A stretch of 64,000 bases of DNA, taken from assembly GCF_006345805.1 (NCBI RefSeq), contig NC_043001.1, positions 4,402,001 to 4,466,000 on the forward strand, read 5' to 3'. This document shows, piece by piece, positions 39,405 to 53,544 of this stretch. Within the stretch, counting starts at the first letter, position 1, and each line of letters starts with the position of its first letter. Position numbers and translations under genes: made by a program. The DNA is from Octopus sinensis. Its lineage: Eukaryota. The notes under the pieces are model-generated. The model was given only the letters and a program-made list of their open reading frames with translations, ran no database searches and had not been told where the DNA came from.

Positions 39405-40216
39405 TTCCAGTAACTTCATTGTACTCTCATAGAGTCTGGATCGTTTAATGGTGTGCTAGATGTGATCCAGGCTAATACTTCCCCTACGGTAATGGAACGG
39501 AAGATCATCTGATTATGGGGTGATACTCTTAAACGCACGGCTATGGCTCTTGAAAGATTACAAAACATAACGTATTTAACACTCTTGAAATACCTTTTCC
39601 TACAAATCAATTCATGCAACAGCAGCAAAAATGATGTTATTTCGTGTCATGCTGTTAAATGCAGCAAAATGGCTGTAAACAGCGGCTTAATGGCATTATT
39701 GCATCGGTTATGTAATTTTACACTTACATTGTATTAGCCTCCCAAGCAACGTATATAACAGCTTCGCTTATCTCAGCCTGACAAATCTGATTCCATTTCC
39801 ATGTCATCGTTCAGTAGTTACGGACATAGATTTCAACCAGTGCGTAAATGCATGCTCCCCGTGAATGTATTGAATTAGGTTTGCATAACAACTGCGTTAA
39901 GAGCAACAATAGGAAATAGAAAATAACCGACTTTGCTAGCAGGAACAACAACAAAATCAACTGTTTTGTGTAGAAGCAACATCATCCATAAGTGCTTAGA
40001 GAAGATACAATTGCGCATGAACAATACATAATTTCTCAGAGTGTAATTCTCCTCTACATTTATGCAGAGTTATTTAAGTTATGTAAGCTACTTATAATTC
40101 AAATCAAGTAACAGAGGTTCAATCCGTATTTGAAAATAAGAATCACCATTTTAAATTTTATGAACGTGGTTTGATAAAAAAATATATAAACGAACTATGC
40201 TAAGTTTCATGTACCT

Positions 40217-40451
40217 ATTTCTTTACTACCCACATGGGGCTGAACACAGAGGGGACATACAGGGACAGACAAAGGGATTAAGTCGATTACGTCGACCCCA
40301 GTGCGTAACTGGTACTCATTTAATCGACCCCGAAATGATGAAAGGCAAAGTCGAACTCGGCGCAAGCTGAACTCAGAAGGTAACGGCAGACGAAATACTG
40401 CTAAGCATTTCGCCCGGCGTTCTAACGTTTCTGCCAGCTCGCCGCCTTACG
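40217..40451 (-). mobile_element. SINE family A1 monomer with 15-bp TSD
   Basis: aagtttcatgtacct at 40202-40216 and 40452-40466. Confidence 0.9.
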
Positions 40452-41572
40452 AAGTTTCATGTACCTTTCTTTGGATACTGTGAGGAATATCAAAACACAT
40501 ATGTAACCATGTAATCCTTTTAAAAGTTTGTTTTGAATTAATCATTGTTCATATCCTGATCACCATGCAGGTACATATTTACATGTAAATGAGTTCAATT
40601 GAAATAATGCGTATGTTTAAAGCCCAAATTGCGTTTAAGGAAACATAGTGCTACACTATCTGACACATCACCCAGGTGTGAAGTGTTTGTGCTGACATTT
40701 GATGAGTGTTTAACTGCAAATTAGAACGGATATATCTACCGTCTACTTGTTCACATATTTGATTGTTGAAAAGAATATGTAAGAAATAATTAAGCGGAAT
40801 CCATGGATAATTCAACATCGAAATACTGAAAGCTAGTTTAATGAATCTATCTACAGCATGGTATTGACAATAATGGTAAAGGACAATATTCAATATATTG
40901 TTGGTGTTGCAAAATAAACATTCCTGCACAATTTTATTTCAAATTATATTTTGATCCTAAAGCAACTTAAAATATAAGAGAATTAACGAAGTGTTTTATG
41001 TTGGATATAAAATATCACAAAAGGATTTGTTATAAAATATATTAATCACCCTAAAATAACAACCGAGAATAAGAAATAATTCGTTCTAAAATGATGGTTT
41101 TTGCTTTAATGTGCTTCAATATATCAATTTGGAATATCCTCTCCACCCAAATTACAAATAAAAATGCGGCGTGCTTATAGAGTGGTTAGCATGGCAAACA
41201 ACATCCTTTCCTGTACTTCTGACATTACGCTGTGAGATCAAATGCCAATGGTTTCCGTTCTGCTTTTAATATTTTTCTATCTCGATACAATAGGTAATAG
41301 TTGAGTCAACTAAAAGTGCTGACCTTGTGCCATAATAATGGAAACATTATTATGATTCCGCTGCAGCCGATTTTGCCTACTAATATTAATTAAATAACGA
41401 AATTCCGAATGATAATAGTTGTCCCAAGCAATACAACTTATAATGTACCTCCGATATTCAAAATAGGAAAAGGCTATACGATCTTCCAGTCTGGAAAACA
41501 TTTATAGCAAACATTTATAGAAATATAGGTATACTCTAAATGGTGTCAGGAGAATACAGGCAAGGTAATATA

Positions 41573-41630
<58 letters not shown>

Positions 41631-41661
41631 GAGAGTGAGAGAGAGAGAGAGAGAGAGATGT

Positions 41662-41972
41662 GGAGGCGCAATGGCCCAATGATTAGGGCAGCGGACTCGC
41701 TGTTGTAGGATCGCGGTTTCGATTCCCAGACCGAGCCTTGTGTGTGTTTATTGAGCGAAAACACCTAAAGCTCCACGAGGCTCCGGCAGTGGGTGGTGGC
41801 GATCTCTGCTGTGTTCTTTCGCCACAACTTTCTCTCACTCTTTCTTCTGTTGGCCTGCTCGCTTAGCCAGAGCGGTGGCGTCATTTTAAGGCTAAAACAA
41901 TGCGAAGCGCAATGTGATCAGCGACGTGTAGCAACATCTGATAGTCTGGTCAGTCACGGTGATCACGGTGAT
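41662..41972 (+). mobile_element. tRNA-derived SINE family D
   Basis: ggaggcgcaatggcccaatgattagggcagcggactcg...ggtttcgattccc (A/B-box-like) then an unrelated body; lies between GA and TA tracts. Confidence 0.75.
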
Positions 41973-42066
41973 ATATATATATATGTATAATAAATATATA
42001 TATGTATATATATATATATTTAATAAATATATATATGTATATATATATATATATTTAATAAATATA

Positions 42067-42106
<40 letters not shown>

Positions 42107-42292
42107 GTATATATATATTTATTTATTTATGTATGTGTATTTATGTGTATATGTGTATTTATGGGCGTGTTTGTGTGTGTATGTGTATATTTTCCTTCGT
42201 GTTACTGCATGTGCCTATTATGCGTATAGTCACAAACACATACCATACACATCATAAATTCTCATACGTAGGTGCATTATATATATGTGTGC

Positions 42293-42585
42293 GTGTATGA
42301 TTGTGTATAGAGGTGTTAATGTGTATATATATATGTGTGTGTGATTGTGTGTAGAGGTGTTAATGTGTATATATATATGTGTGTGTGTATGATTGTGTGT
42401 AGAGGTGTTAATATGTATATATATATGTGTGTGTGTATGATTGTGTATAGAGGTGTTAATGTGTATATATATATGTGTGTGTGTATGATTGTGTATAGAG
42501 GTGTTAATGTGTATATATATATGTGTGTATGATTGTGTGTAGAGGTGTTAATGTGTATATATATGTGTGTGTGTGTGTGATTGTG
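42293..42585. repeat. Minisatellite, about 40-44-bp unit, about 7 copies
   Basis: Repeats of atgattgtgtatagaggtgttaatgtgtatatatatatgtgtgtgt. Confidence 0.92.
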
Positions 42586-42859
42586 TGTTGAGGTATCTAT
42601 GTGAATATGTCGTGTGTGTGTTTTTATGGAGGCGTGCATCTGTCGGAGAGCTTCTGTGTAAATCAGTTATAAAATTTGCTTTACAAGCTGAATAAATTTC
42701 CTGGCTGGATGTTTTACTGTGTATCAACTTGTTTTCAATCATTGTCGAAGTATTTCCGAAGTAGAGATTTACGTTCATGCTTCAGATTCATTGACTTTCC
42801 TCCATTAAATTTATTTTTCTGTGTCCAAGTAACCGGCACCAAAGATTCAATATATAACT

Positions 42860-42922
42860 AAATGTAGACATGTACACACATGCACACGCGCGCACACAAA
42901 TACATGCATACACACACACCCA

Positions 42923-42970
<48 letters not shown>

Positions 42971-43057
42971 CAATATATCTTTATAATAGTAATATATAAG
43001 CATATAAGTATACATGTATTCACAATATATCTATAAATATATATATATATACATATG

Positions 43058-43100
<43 letters not shown>

Positions 43101-43122
43101 ACATACATATACGTTTATATAT

Positions 43123-43220
<98 letters not shown>

Positions 43221-43250
43221 CATATTATATATATATATGCATATATATAT

Positions 43251-43292
<42 letters not shown>

Positions 43293-43330
43293 GTCTATAT
43301 ATGTAAATGTATATGAGTGTGTGTTATGCA
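42860..43330. repeat. Compound CA/TA/GT microsatellite
   Basis: Simple repeats. Confidence 0.92.
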
Positions 43331-43715
43331 TGTGCATAAATGGTGTGCGTGTACGGCTAAGAATCTATACGTTTATCTCAAATATTAATATAGTGTCTCA
43401 CGAAATCTGTTTTTCTCTGTCATTAATCCACATTTGTAAACAGCGTCGGTGACAACGGGAAGTAATATCAGTTCCGTTAGATTTTCATTATAAGCGAGAT
43501 GTGAGAAGAAACAGATATATTGTCTTTCAATATAACTTTTAAATGAAATCCTTTTGTTTTTTCTTTCTGTAGAACCGAATCTGCAAGTGTCTGGTCTTTC
43601 ACGTCTAATCGCTAGAAAGTCACTCTTTATTTGCTATGTGTAATTCTTTTTCGATATTTTAGATATATATATATATTTTGGAAACCATCGCATATGTTCT
43701 TCTGGATTTGTGGTA

Positions 43716-44126
43716 ACTCGTTTACTCGTTTACTTGTTTCAGTCATTTGACTGCGGCCATGCTGGAGCACCACCTTTAATCGAGCAATCGACTCCGGGAC
43801 TTATTCTTTGTAAGCCCAGTACTTATTATATCGGTCTCTTTTGCCGAACCGCTAAGTGACGGGGACGTAAAAACACCAGCATAGGTTGTCAAGCAATGCT
43901 AGAGGGACAAACACAGACACACAAACATATACACACACATACACACATATATATATATATATATACATATATACGACAGGCTTCTTTCAGTTTCCGTCTA
44001 CCAAATCCACTCACAAGGCTTTGGTCGGCCCGAGGCTATAGCAGAAGACACTTGCCCAAGATGCCACGCAGTGGGACTGAACCCGGAAGCATGTGGTTGG
44101 TTAGCAAGCTACTTACCACACAGCCA
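43716..44126 (-). mobile_element. Near full-length SINE family B
   Basis: tRNA-like head; gccttgtgagtggatttggtagacggaaactgaaagaagcc central segment (Nin/Deu-domain-like from memory); internal CA/TA tract; short repeated tail. Confidence 0.88.
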
Positions 44127-44499
44127 GGTAAGATGTATAAGTTGTGTATGTTATAATATGTTTCTGAATATTTAGATCACTGGTTTAGTTGCCAACGTGC
44201 TATTGCTATTCCTACTTCAACCAGTTTTATTTCAAATTTTCGGCATAAAGCCAGCAAGTTGCATTTCATGGGAAATCAAATAACATTGCCTTCCCTAGTT
44301 GACTGGTACTGCTTTTAATCAATGCCTAAAGGACGAAAAGCATATAAGTAGTCACATCAATAAACTGAGGAATTGACAAGAAACAACAGAGAAATGCAGT
44401 AAGAGTGGTAGCAGCCGCAGCAGCAGCAACAGAACTGGTAATCGCAGTGGTATTAGTTGCAGCAACACAATAGTAATAGTAGTAGTACTAGTAATAGCA

Positions 44500-44555
44500 T
44501 TAGTTCACGAAGTTTCTGCTGTAGTAGTAGTAGTAGCAGCAGTAGTGGTGGTGGT

Positions 44556-44623
<68 letters not shown>

Positions 44624-44637
44624 GGTAGTAGTAAATA
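44500..44637. repeat. (GTA/GTG)n microsatellite
   Basis: Trinucleotide repeats. Confidence 0.95.
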
Positions 44638-46544
44638 GTAAACCTGGAGAAATGTCGAAAGGAGATGAAGAAAATAAAGACAAAGGAAAATAAAAAACAG
44701 GAAAAATTTTAATTGTTTTATGGGCCATTGATGTTGTTATTTAAGACCCTTTATCATATATATATATATCCCTTTATCATTCCGATTATTCTGCCAAATG
44801 TAATACTTCTTCACATCATTTGGAATTAATTAAGCATCAATATTTCTAAAACGTGATGGTTTATTTTTAGAATGACATCGTAGTATAAAAGTTAGTGTTT
44901 TGATGTGGCCGAATTTAATATGAAACAGGCAGAATATTTTGGCCTTTACATCCAGTTCAAATCCTAAAGGATTTAGTTACTAACGGAACAATGGTAAGAA
45001 TGTATGCTCCAGTAATTGACGAGGTGTATAGAAAAGGATTTACCAACGATTAGAGGAGGACTTTGGCATTTATATTGGTGGAAAAATATTGTAGAATTTC
45101 TTTCCTAATTTGGTCCTGAAGAATGTCACTTCATACCCACAAATCAGTATATCAAACGTATTTCCAAAAGCAAAGTTGAACTGTCAAAGTAGAATACTGA
45201 TCAACTTCATGAAAGTCCTGAATTGTGAAGTTATGTTTATTGGCCGGATCTGAAATTCATTACTGGCATTAATATGAACCCAACTTCGCGTCCCTCAGTT
45301 CCCATTCATTTGCATCAACTGAAGGTAATTTAAGCTTAAGAGAAAATATTTTATTAAGATGTTCAAATCAATGCGGCAAACATCTCAACGTTTGTTATAG
45401 TCCAGGCAAACATTAGAATAAACATTAACGGGGTTCTCGAATTAATCATTAAAAGCACATAGAAGTACGTCACTTTCAGAATTCCACAAACAGCTTGACA
45501 GCGACTTAAGCCTAACTCTAGATTATTGCGGATTAGTATTCTTTGATATATCGATACTTGTATATAATTTCAAGATTTTTTTCACCGTAAAATGTGTTAG
45601 GAATATAGTGATATCTTATCAGCAACTGTGCTGTAAATTGTCTAAATATATATGAAGAGGCTGAACAATTTAAAAAAGCTATTGAAATTGCCAAGTACCA
45701 TCATTAATTAGAGGATGAACAATTAATGACAAATACAATATTAAATTCAGTGCGAATACAACCAAAATATTTTCCTTGGTGTGATTTTCTTGTAGCTAAA
45801 TTTATATTCCTAACCATGAAATGACATTATATTGAATTTCAGGTCAAGAAGAAACTTACAAATTGGGAATGTAAATCAAATTATGAGCAACAATAAAAGA
45901 AAGTAAAAACAGGAAATTCAATATAAAATATATATTAGTTTAAATGTGACAAATCTCATTAAAGATTTGATTAGATAAGAAACCAACCAATTCTTCAAGG
46001 GCGTTTATGTACGCAGAGCTAGAGTGGTGAATGTATTTATGGTTTTAGATTCTCATCATTAATACTGCGTTCGTCATCTGCCGATCGAAATAAAATAAAT
46101 AAATGGTCAGCCGGAAACACAGAATTGAAAACAACATTCGGAAGAGTAAATAAACTCATCCCACGAAAAAAGGTTCTCCGATGTATTGAGGATATTTATA
46201 TTGGAGACAAAATTTATGAGCACAATACAATGAAGACAAGAGATTGTGACGTGGTCTCTGAGTAGAGGATTTGCTTGAAATAACACTTAATTCCCTTTGA
46301 AACCAGATCACAGGATCATGTAACAAAGAAGAGCAAATTAGATACGATTGCCTTAGTTATACTGTAGGAAACATAGATCAGAAGATCACAGCTGAAGTGA
46401 CTTTGACTGTAGGCCCTATGTCTTGCAACTAAACTAGGTTTGGTCAAAATCGATCTTTTAGACTACAACACCAAATTCTGCAATAAAAACACAGATTTAT
46501 TATTATATTTAATGAGAACATTAATAAGTGATTAAGAGTTCTGG

Positions 46545-46920
46545 GTGGTTCCACATTTGCTTCCAAACTACATGGCTCCAGATTAAGTTCTACTGAATGG
46601 CACATTGGGCAAGTCTCTTCCCCGATAGCCTCAGTCCGGCCGAAAGCTTTCGAACGGATTTCTAATTTGGAAACTGAAAAAAGTCCACCAAGCATAAGTG
46701 TTTAGTTTTCTATGTTTTTGTCCGCCCCCAGCGTCACAAGCGGTGTTGGTGTGTTTGCGTCCACGTAGGTTTGGTATTCTGCAAAAACAGGAGAGATTAA
46801 GCTCCGGGGCTAAAAAGAAAAGTAAGTACAGGAGTCGATTCCTTCGACTAAAATTCCTCAAGTCTTTGCTACAGCGTAACCGCTGTCTACTGAGTGGAAC
46901 AAGGAGCTAAAAGATGATAT
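46545..46920 (+). mobile_element. Degenerate SINE family B
   Basis: ttgggcaagtctcttc...ggaaactgaaa...gtcgattccttcgactaaa, collinear with family B. Confidence 0.6.
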
Positions 46921-47761
46921 TCCTGAAACAGTAGACCAAGAAATAATATTTTTATATTTCCATGCTCGTCTCGCTAATAACAGATCTGCTAGTAGTGGCA
47001 CCTGGAAGCTTTCCTTCGAACGAATCAAACCCGTTACTATTCTAATTTTGGACGGATTCTGTTATCATGTATTAATTAAACGGCGCTTCAAAGGGGGATA
47101 TAGTCATTCACATACACTCACTCGCATTTAGAGTTACATAAATACACACAAACATAGACACGCACAGGAAATGTTTATATATTATGGAAATGAATAGAAA
47201 ACAAGAAGCAACGCACATGGTCTAAGTTGTATTAGATTAATGAAAAAGTATAGGAAGAATTTAAAATTGGAAAAGCGTTTGGAACTAAAGTAAGTTGGGG
47301 GATACGTGTGTGTGTTTGTGTATATTCACAGACAAATGTGTATTACAGATTCCATCTACCAAATTAGTCGGCGAGTCATTGGTCATCAAAGGGCTATAAT
47401 AGGAAACTTTTGCAGTGGGTCTGAACATAAAATCAGTTGGCGGATACAGAATTAAATATTTAAGCTAATTATTCCGTCTATTTAAGAGAATATGCATTTC
47501 ATATGAGCAGCTGCAATAATAGACTGTATGAATGTTACAAGGTAGGGGTGTTCTTGGGTTAATTAACTGATCGCCTATTACAGTCTGCAAAAGAATTTCG
47601 TATTCATCTGAGCTGTTCATATCGCATTAGCAGAACGTTACACACCAATCTAATTAAGAAATATACTTAAACATTTCAAGTTCTTTTCAGTAAACGACCA
47701 TGTAGCTATAATGAAAATAAGAGAATCAAGGAGAAACGTTTGCATTCCTTGTGTTATGGCA

Positions 47762-47975
47762 ATAAGGCTGCAAGCTCACCGAAACTGTAGCACCCGAGGC
47801 AAAATGTTCAGTTGCATTTTGTCTGTCTTTTCGTCCGGACTCCAAATGTAGCCGATGTCGACTTAGCATTTCATCATTTCAGGGACGATAACATAAGCAC
47901 CACTTGAGCACCGGTGTCAATATAATCAACTCACCTTCTCCCCCGATATTACTGGCATTGCGCCAAAATTTGAAA
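47762..47975 (+). mobile_element. Degenerate SINE family A2
   Basis: Collinear but diverged head, body and tail. Confidence 0.55.
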
Positions 47976-49412
47976 TCAAAATTAATTATGATGTTGCTAT
48001 GTTACTGCAGCTAATCTCCACGATTATATTTCCAAATGGCCGGAACAGTTTTTGTGTGCAACATTATGAACAGTTGCCACTAAGATCGAAGTTTGTATAG
48101 AATATTATGTTTCATTCACAATTCAGATGCATACGTTTATTCGAGTTCTTGATATTTTTCAATATCCGTACGAAGTTTATCTTTGTTTCTGGTAGAATAT
48201 GTTGTATTTAAATCAGAAAATATTCAGACCCCCACTTAAGCCTTACAGGCTAAATCCACTTGCCTGTAAGTAGACGTCAGGGTATCCCTGATTAGCTAAT
48301 AATATAATCTTTTAGATAACCCTTCAAATCTCTACCACCAAGGAAATAGCTGATAACTCCTTAGATGATATTTAACATGTTTTCTCTCTTTATTTTTTTT
48401 AATATTCTTTGCTTCTTCTATATTTCCTTTTTCACCTGATATATTTTAACCTTCTAACCTGATATATTTTAGCCAGTTTTACTTAATATATTTACATCCA
48501 TTTATCCTCGGATGATAACAAAACGTTTATGAAAATTCAACGTTTTCCAAATAACATTTTCTCTTATCTATAAGGTGACGACGGTTACCAAAGCCTTCTA
48601 AAAAGTAAAGTGTGTCCATTTTCTTAACCCCTGCACTCGAATAATATTTAAATGATTCAGAACAAACCCACACTATATTTATCCTCAACATAGCCTTGGC
48701 GTTATATTATTTTTTTCTGTCCCGTATTACTTCTCATATATATTTGACAGCAGCTTTAAACCTGAAACAATTTAAGGAATACACACACACATACACACAC
48801 ACACCCGTGCACACACATATAGTAATGTTATCTTTAAACCACTTTGTGTAAGTAAATATTTCCCCTAATCTACATATCAAATGTTTGACAAAACCCAAAC
48901 CGGTTTTGTACTGCCAATTACGAGTTATCAAGTATTATAAAGTACGGTGTATTTAATACGAAGAGAAACGCGAACATATTGTAATGACGGGGTTTTTCTG
49001 TGGCAGGAATGTACTTGCATTTCTGGATTTAATTATCTTCGAGATATCAGGATGCAGCCCGCACTTCTCCGTCTGTAATTTTATTCTGACATACTTAAGT
49101 ATTAAACACAGTCCAAACGCTAGAATAAACATGAATCTATAATGCATGGATTTGCTGGTTCTTTATCAACGACGCTTGAAAGGAATCTGTGTTGTTTACA
49201 ATTTCAAGGATGTCTTTTCTGTATTTGTTTCACACACTTTAATTGCAGATATGGTTGAGCACCGCCCTACAAGATTATAGTCGAACGAATCGACATCGGT
49301 ATTTCTTTTTAAACCGGGTACATTGCCTCTCGGCTAGTTTTGCCGAACAGTTGACTGACAGGGGAAGTAAATATATTAACGCCCGTTTCCACATGGTGAA
49401 CGAATACCCTTT

Positions 49413-49974
49413 CCTACTCACGGCACACGGCCCGAAATTTTGGGTGAGTGGGCAAGTCGATTAGATCAGCCCTAGTACGCAACTGGTACTTAATTTATCG
49501 ACCGCGAAAGGATGAAAGACAAGGTCGACCACGACGGAATTGGAACTCAGAACGTAAAGACAGACGAAATACCTATTTCTTTACTACCCACAAGGGGCTA
49601 AACATAGAGGGGACAAACAAGGACAGACAAACGGATTAAGTCGATTATATCGACCCTAGTGCGTAACTGGTACTTATTTAATCGACCCCGAAAGGATGAA
49701 AGGCAAAGTCGACCTCGGCGGAATTTAAACTCAGAATGTAGCGGCAGACGAGATACCTATTTCTTTACTACCCACAAAGGGCTAAACACAGAGGGGACAA
49801 ACAAGGACAGACATAGGTATTAAGTCGATTACATCGACCCCAGTGCGTAATTGGTTCTTAATTTATCGACCCCGAAAGGATGAAAGGCAAAGTCGACCTC
49901 GGCGGAATTTAAACTCAGAATGTAGCGGCAGACGAAATACCGCTAAGCAATTTTGCTCGGCGTGCTCGCCGCCT
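49413..49974 (-). mobile_element. SINE family A composite (head + 2 x 184-bp A1 units + A2 body)
   Basis: Unit boundaries at 49572, 49756 and 49940, an exact 184-bp period. Confidence 0.92.
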
Positions 49975-50721
49975 CTCAATTCATAATATTTTATCATCCT
50001 CTACTTCGACGGCTGAATACAATAGAATATTTTTTGCATCATAATATGTAGAAAGCATTCACAGTAAACATCTTTTGTTCATCTTAACTCGGTAGCAAAG
50101 TTTAAATAAGATGAAGAACGACAATGGTCAATCATTTAATCAAAATAAGTTATAGTGTCAGATGTTCAAATCCTTAGAAACCCGAAAAAAACAATAGGAC
50201 AAAATGCCAATTCCACTTCAAAATATACACAATATTCGAATACATTGAATTGTTTCTTATATTGAAGATTTCATATTTCTTATCGAATATCAAGATTATT
50301 AAATTCGATCAAGTATGCAGTATCTATGCAGCACGCAGCAACATTCGCAACAGACACAAAAGTTAATTGAATCTTTTTATTTGTTATGAAAAATATTCAA
50401 ATGAGAGCCACGAGTGTGTGATTGCTGTATAAATTTACTTTTTCGGGAAATGGCAACACGGATTGCGTTTTGTTTTGTGGCAGAATATTGGATCACCAAT
50501 GTTAGGTAAAAGGTGAGGGTTCAATATACCACCACAAGATCAGCCAGAAAAAAAAATTAATAAAATTTTTACTTGTAAGATTGTTCAGAAAATAATAAAT
50601 AAATATGTTAATTTTGATTTATTAAAATAACGCTAGCATTGATTGAAATAAATTTTGGTAAATGAAATGTTCCTATGCGTGCGACCCATTGTACTGTATT
50701 GGATATTACATAAGGTATTAA

Positions 50722-51086
50722 GGCGGCGAGCTGGCAGACATGTTAGCACGCCGGACATATTGCTTAACACCATTTCGTCTGCCGTTACGTTCTGAGTTCA
50801 AATTCCGCCGAGGTCGACTTTGCTTTTCATCCTTTCGGGGTCGATAAATTAAGCACCAGTTGCGCATTAGTGCTGATATAATCGACTTAATCCGATTGTT
50901 TGTCCTTGTTTGTCCCCTCTATGTTTAGCCCCTTGTGGGTAGTAAAAAATTAAAAAATAGGCATTTCGTCTGTCTTTACTTTCTGTGTTCGAAATCTGCC
51001 GCGGTCAACTTTGCTTTTCACTGGTGTTGATGCAGTCAAGTTTCCCCCTGCCCACAAAATTACTGGCCTCATGCCAAATTCTGGAA
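50722..51086 (+). mobile_element. SINE family A composite (head + A1 + A2 body)
   Basis: Junction aaatag|gcatttcgtctg at about 50960. Confidence 0.82.
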
Positions 51087-51892
51087 CTAATATTTTATAA
51101 AGTGCTCCAAACTTTTGTGACTGCGATTGTTTTTCTATTACGTGTGGAAGAATATGACGTTGGACACCATCTGCGTGAAACACGTAGTTCACACTTTTAT
51201 GAATGTTTCGTTGTGTATTGATGCTACAGCGACTGGCAATTTAATGATGGATGGGGAATGAATGATTAGACATTAGTGACAAAGATGTAGACATATGTAT
51301 TCGAAGATGGAATCATTTATTGCATGTGTGACGAAGTTACAGTGGACTCGGTGGATAATAATTGTTTCTAGCGCAACTACGGATTGCAAAGATTGCAAAA
51401 GTACAGTTGATTATGAAAACAGAAGCACTTTTATGCTACACAGGAATAAATGCAATAGTGAAGATGATGGTGCTTCTTTTAAAACAAAACTCAAAATATA
51501 TGAAAGCCATTTTTCGATACTCTGTACATTCACTAAACCACTGCCCCAAGTAGGATGACAAAGAATTCGTAAATACATCTCTATACAACATATTAACTGT
51601 AAAATATACAACATTATTCCATTCATGAATCGCAGCGTGTTATATAAAGAAAGAAATTTTGCACAAAAGATGTGAGAGGATTAAAATGCTCCGTAAACAT
51701 ATAAGAATAGAAATATTTCGCAGTGATGCAACCATATTTTTCCCAGTTGCACTTTTGCGAAATAGTTGTGTCGTTTGCTGAGCAGTATTAGCCTTGTTTT
51801 TCTTTCGCGAGATAACCTAATTATTCAAGACCTTTGGTAGGCTACAAGAAATGATGCATGTAGAACTTTCAAGGGAGCAGGAGCTGCTTAAA

Positions 51893-52454
51893 TATAGATG
51901 TTTTCGATCTATAGATGTTTTGCCATCAAATTTGACTTCTTTGCAATCAAATTTGAATTTTTCAATTGGTTTACAAGCCTTGAAGAAAAAAAGAGTTAAA
52001 CTACATCAGCCGTAAGGGAATACATGTCTATCTTATCTAACTCGTCCAGTAGAGCCCACCAATTGATATCTGAAAAGTTCGATGAAATAACTCATGAACA
52101 CTGTGATAACTTCTACCAAAAGATGCTTTAACATATTTACGTCGTCGACCGGTCTGGACAAGGGGAGATAATAAACGAATGATTCTTTTTTCTATTATTT
52201 CCCCTTGTTCAGACCTGTCAACGACGTAAATATGTTGAAGCAACTTTTGGTAGAAGCTATCGCAGTGTTCATGAGTTATTTCATCGAACTTTTCAGATAT
52301 CAATTGGTGGGCTCTACTGGACGGGTTAGATAAAATAGACATGTATTCCCTTACGGCTGATGTAGTTTAACTCTCTTTTGTTCAAGGCTTGAGCACCAAT
52401 TGAAGAATTCAAATTTCATGGCAAATAATCCGATCTAGATCGAAAACATGTATA
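51893..52454. mobile_element. Foldback / MITE-like element with about 270-bp arms
   Basis: Arms 51893-52173 and 52193-52454, moderately diverged; TA at both termini. Confidence 0.8.
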
Positions 52455-53265
52455 AAGAACGATTTCTCTGAGACGGTCCACAGGAAATTACAGACGAACG
52501 CTGAAACTAGATAAGGGGAAAAGTACTCGTCTTAGAAATAAATATATAACATAGAGGAATTAAATTGACGGTTATAGATTAAAGATTCAGTTACGTCTTT
52601 AACGCGATTGAACTGGAAGTCTTCCAGGGTCGAGATGCCAAAATTAGTGCTGATACAATATGCCTTCTTCTGCAGAAGGATGAGGGTCAAGTGGAAATTA
52701 ATACAACTAGTACACAGGAATACAGTAACAACACCATTTTTGGAATATTACTCAAATATCAGGAATAGAAATTCATTGTGTTTATAATAGCACATGAGTA
52801 AATGGAGAAAAAACATTTTTTCTAAGTGTATTGAAACAGCAATAAAGCACACTAACTCTACTTCTAGTGGAGAGGGAACTTGGGGCACGGAAAATACAAA
52901 TTTAAGGAATTAGAAAAAATAGCAGAATGAGATTCTAGTATATATTCCAGTCACAAATCTGCTTAACTCGATACGTCGAAATAAACCGATGCGCAAGTGC
53001 ACTAATGAAGGAAGCCCGAAATGAAAGAAGGAATAGAATTCATCATGGCAGCACAGGATAAATACCCATCCTATGTAAAACATGAACACAACATGGAGAA
53101 AGAAGCAAAAGGCATAAAATACATAGCACACAACTATTGGTTAATTAATATATCTACGGAAACAAATGTGATGGCATTTATATCTATTGGAAATATTCCG
53201 TAATGAACTCTTATAATCACAAAAGATGCATCGTATATAAGTCAGTATATAATGAGTCAAAGTAA

Positions 53266-53542
53266 ATTATGTATATTATTAACATTTGACAGATATAAGT
53301 CCTCATCCTGTTTGTTGTTAGCACAGCGTTTCGCTGATACACCCTCCAGCCTTCATCAGGTGTTATTCCTAAGGGATTTTTCAATGTAATTATTATTATT
53401 ATTTATCATTATTATTATTATTATTATTATTATTAATATTATTATTATTATTATTATTATTATAATTATTCAGTTTGCTACCTGCAATCGAACTCGGAAT
53501 CTTGGGGTTAGTAGCTCGCGCTCTAAACCACTATGCCATATG
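53266..53542 (-). mobile_element. Family C copy 2 (tRNA-like head + (AAT)n + hammerhead tail)
   Basis: Head catatggcatagtggtttagagcgcgagctactaaccccaagattccgagttcgattgc; same order of modules as 31710-32078. Confidence 0.85.
53320..53364 (-). ncRNA. Hammerhead motif copy 2 (mutated)
   Basis: AACAC CUGAUGA A GGCUG-10nt-CAGC GAAA CG CU GUGCU; the conserved U of the cleavage triplet reads C. Confidence 0.65.
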
Positions 53543-53544
53543 CT

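Noticed and set aside
49572-49940. CRISPR-like or ribozyme-delimited array
   Set aside because: The units are 184-bp SINE bodies without unique spacers; no cas genes; no hammerhead core (GGAUGA, not CUGAUGA).
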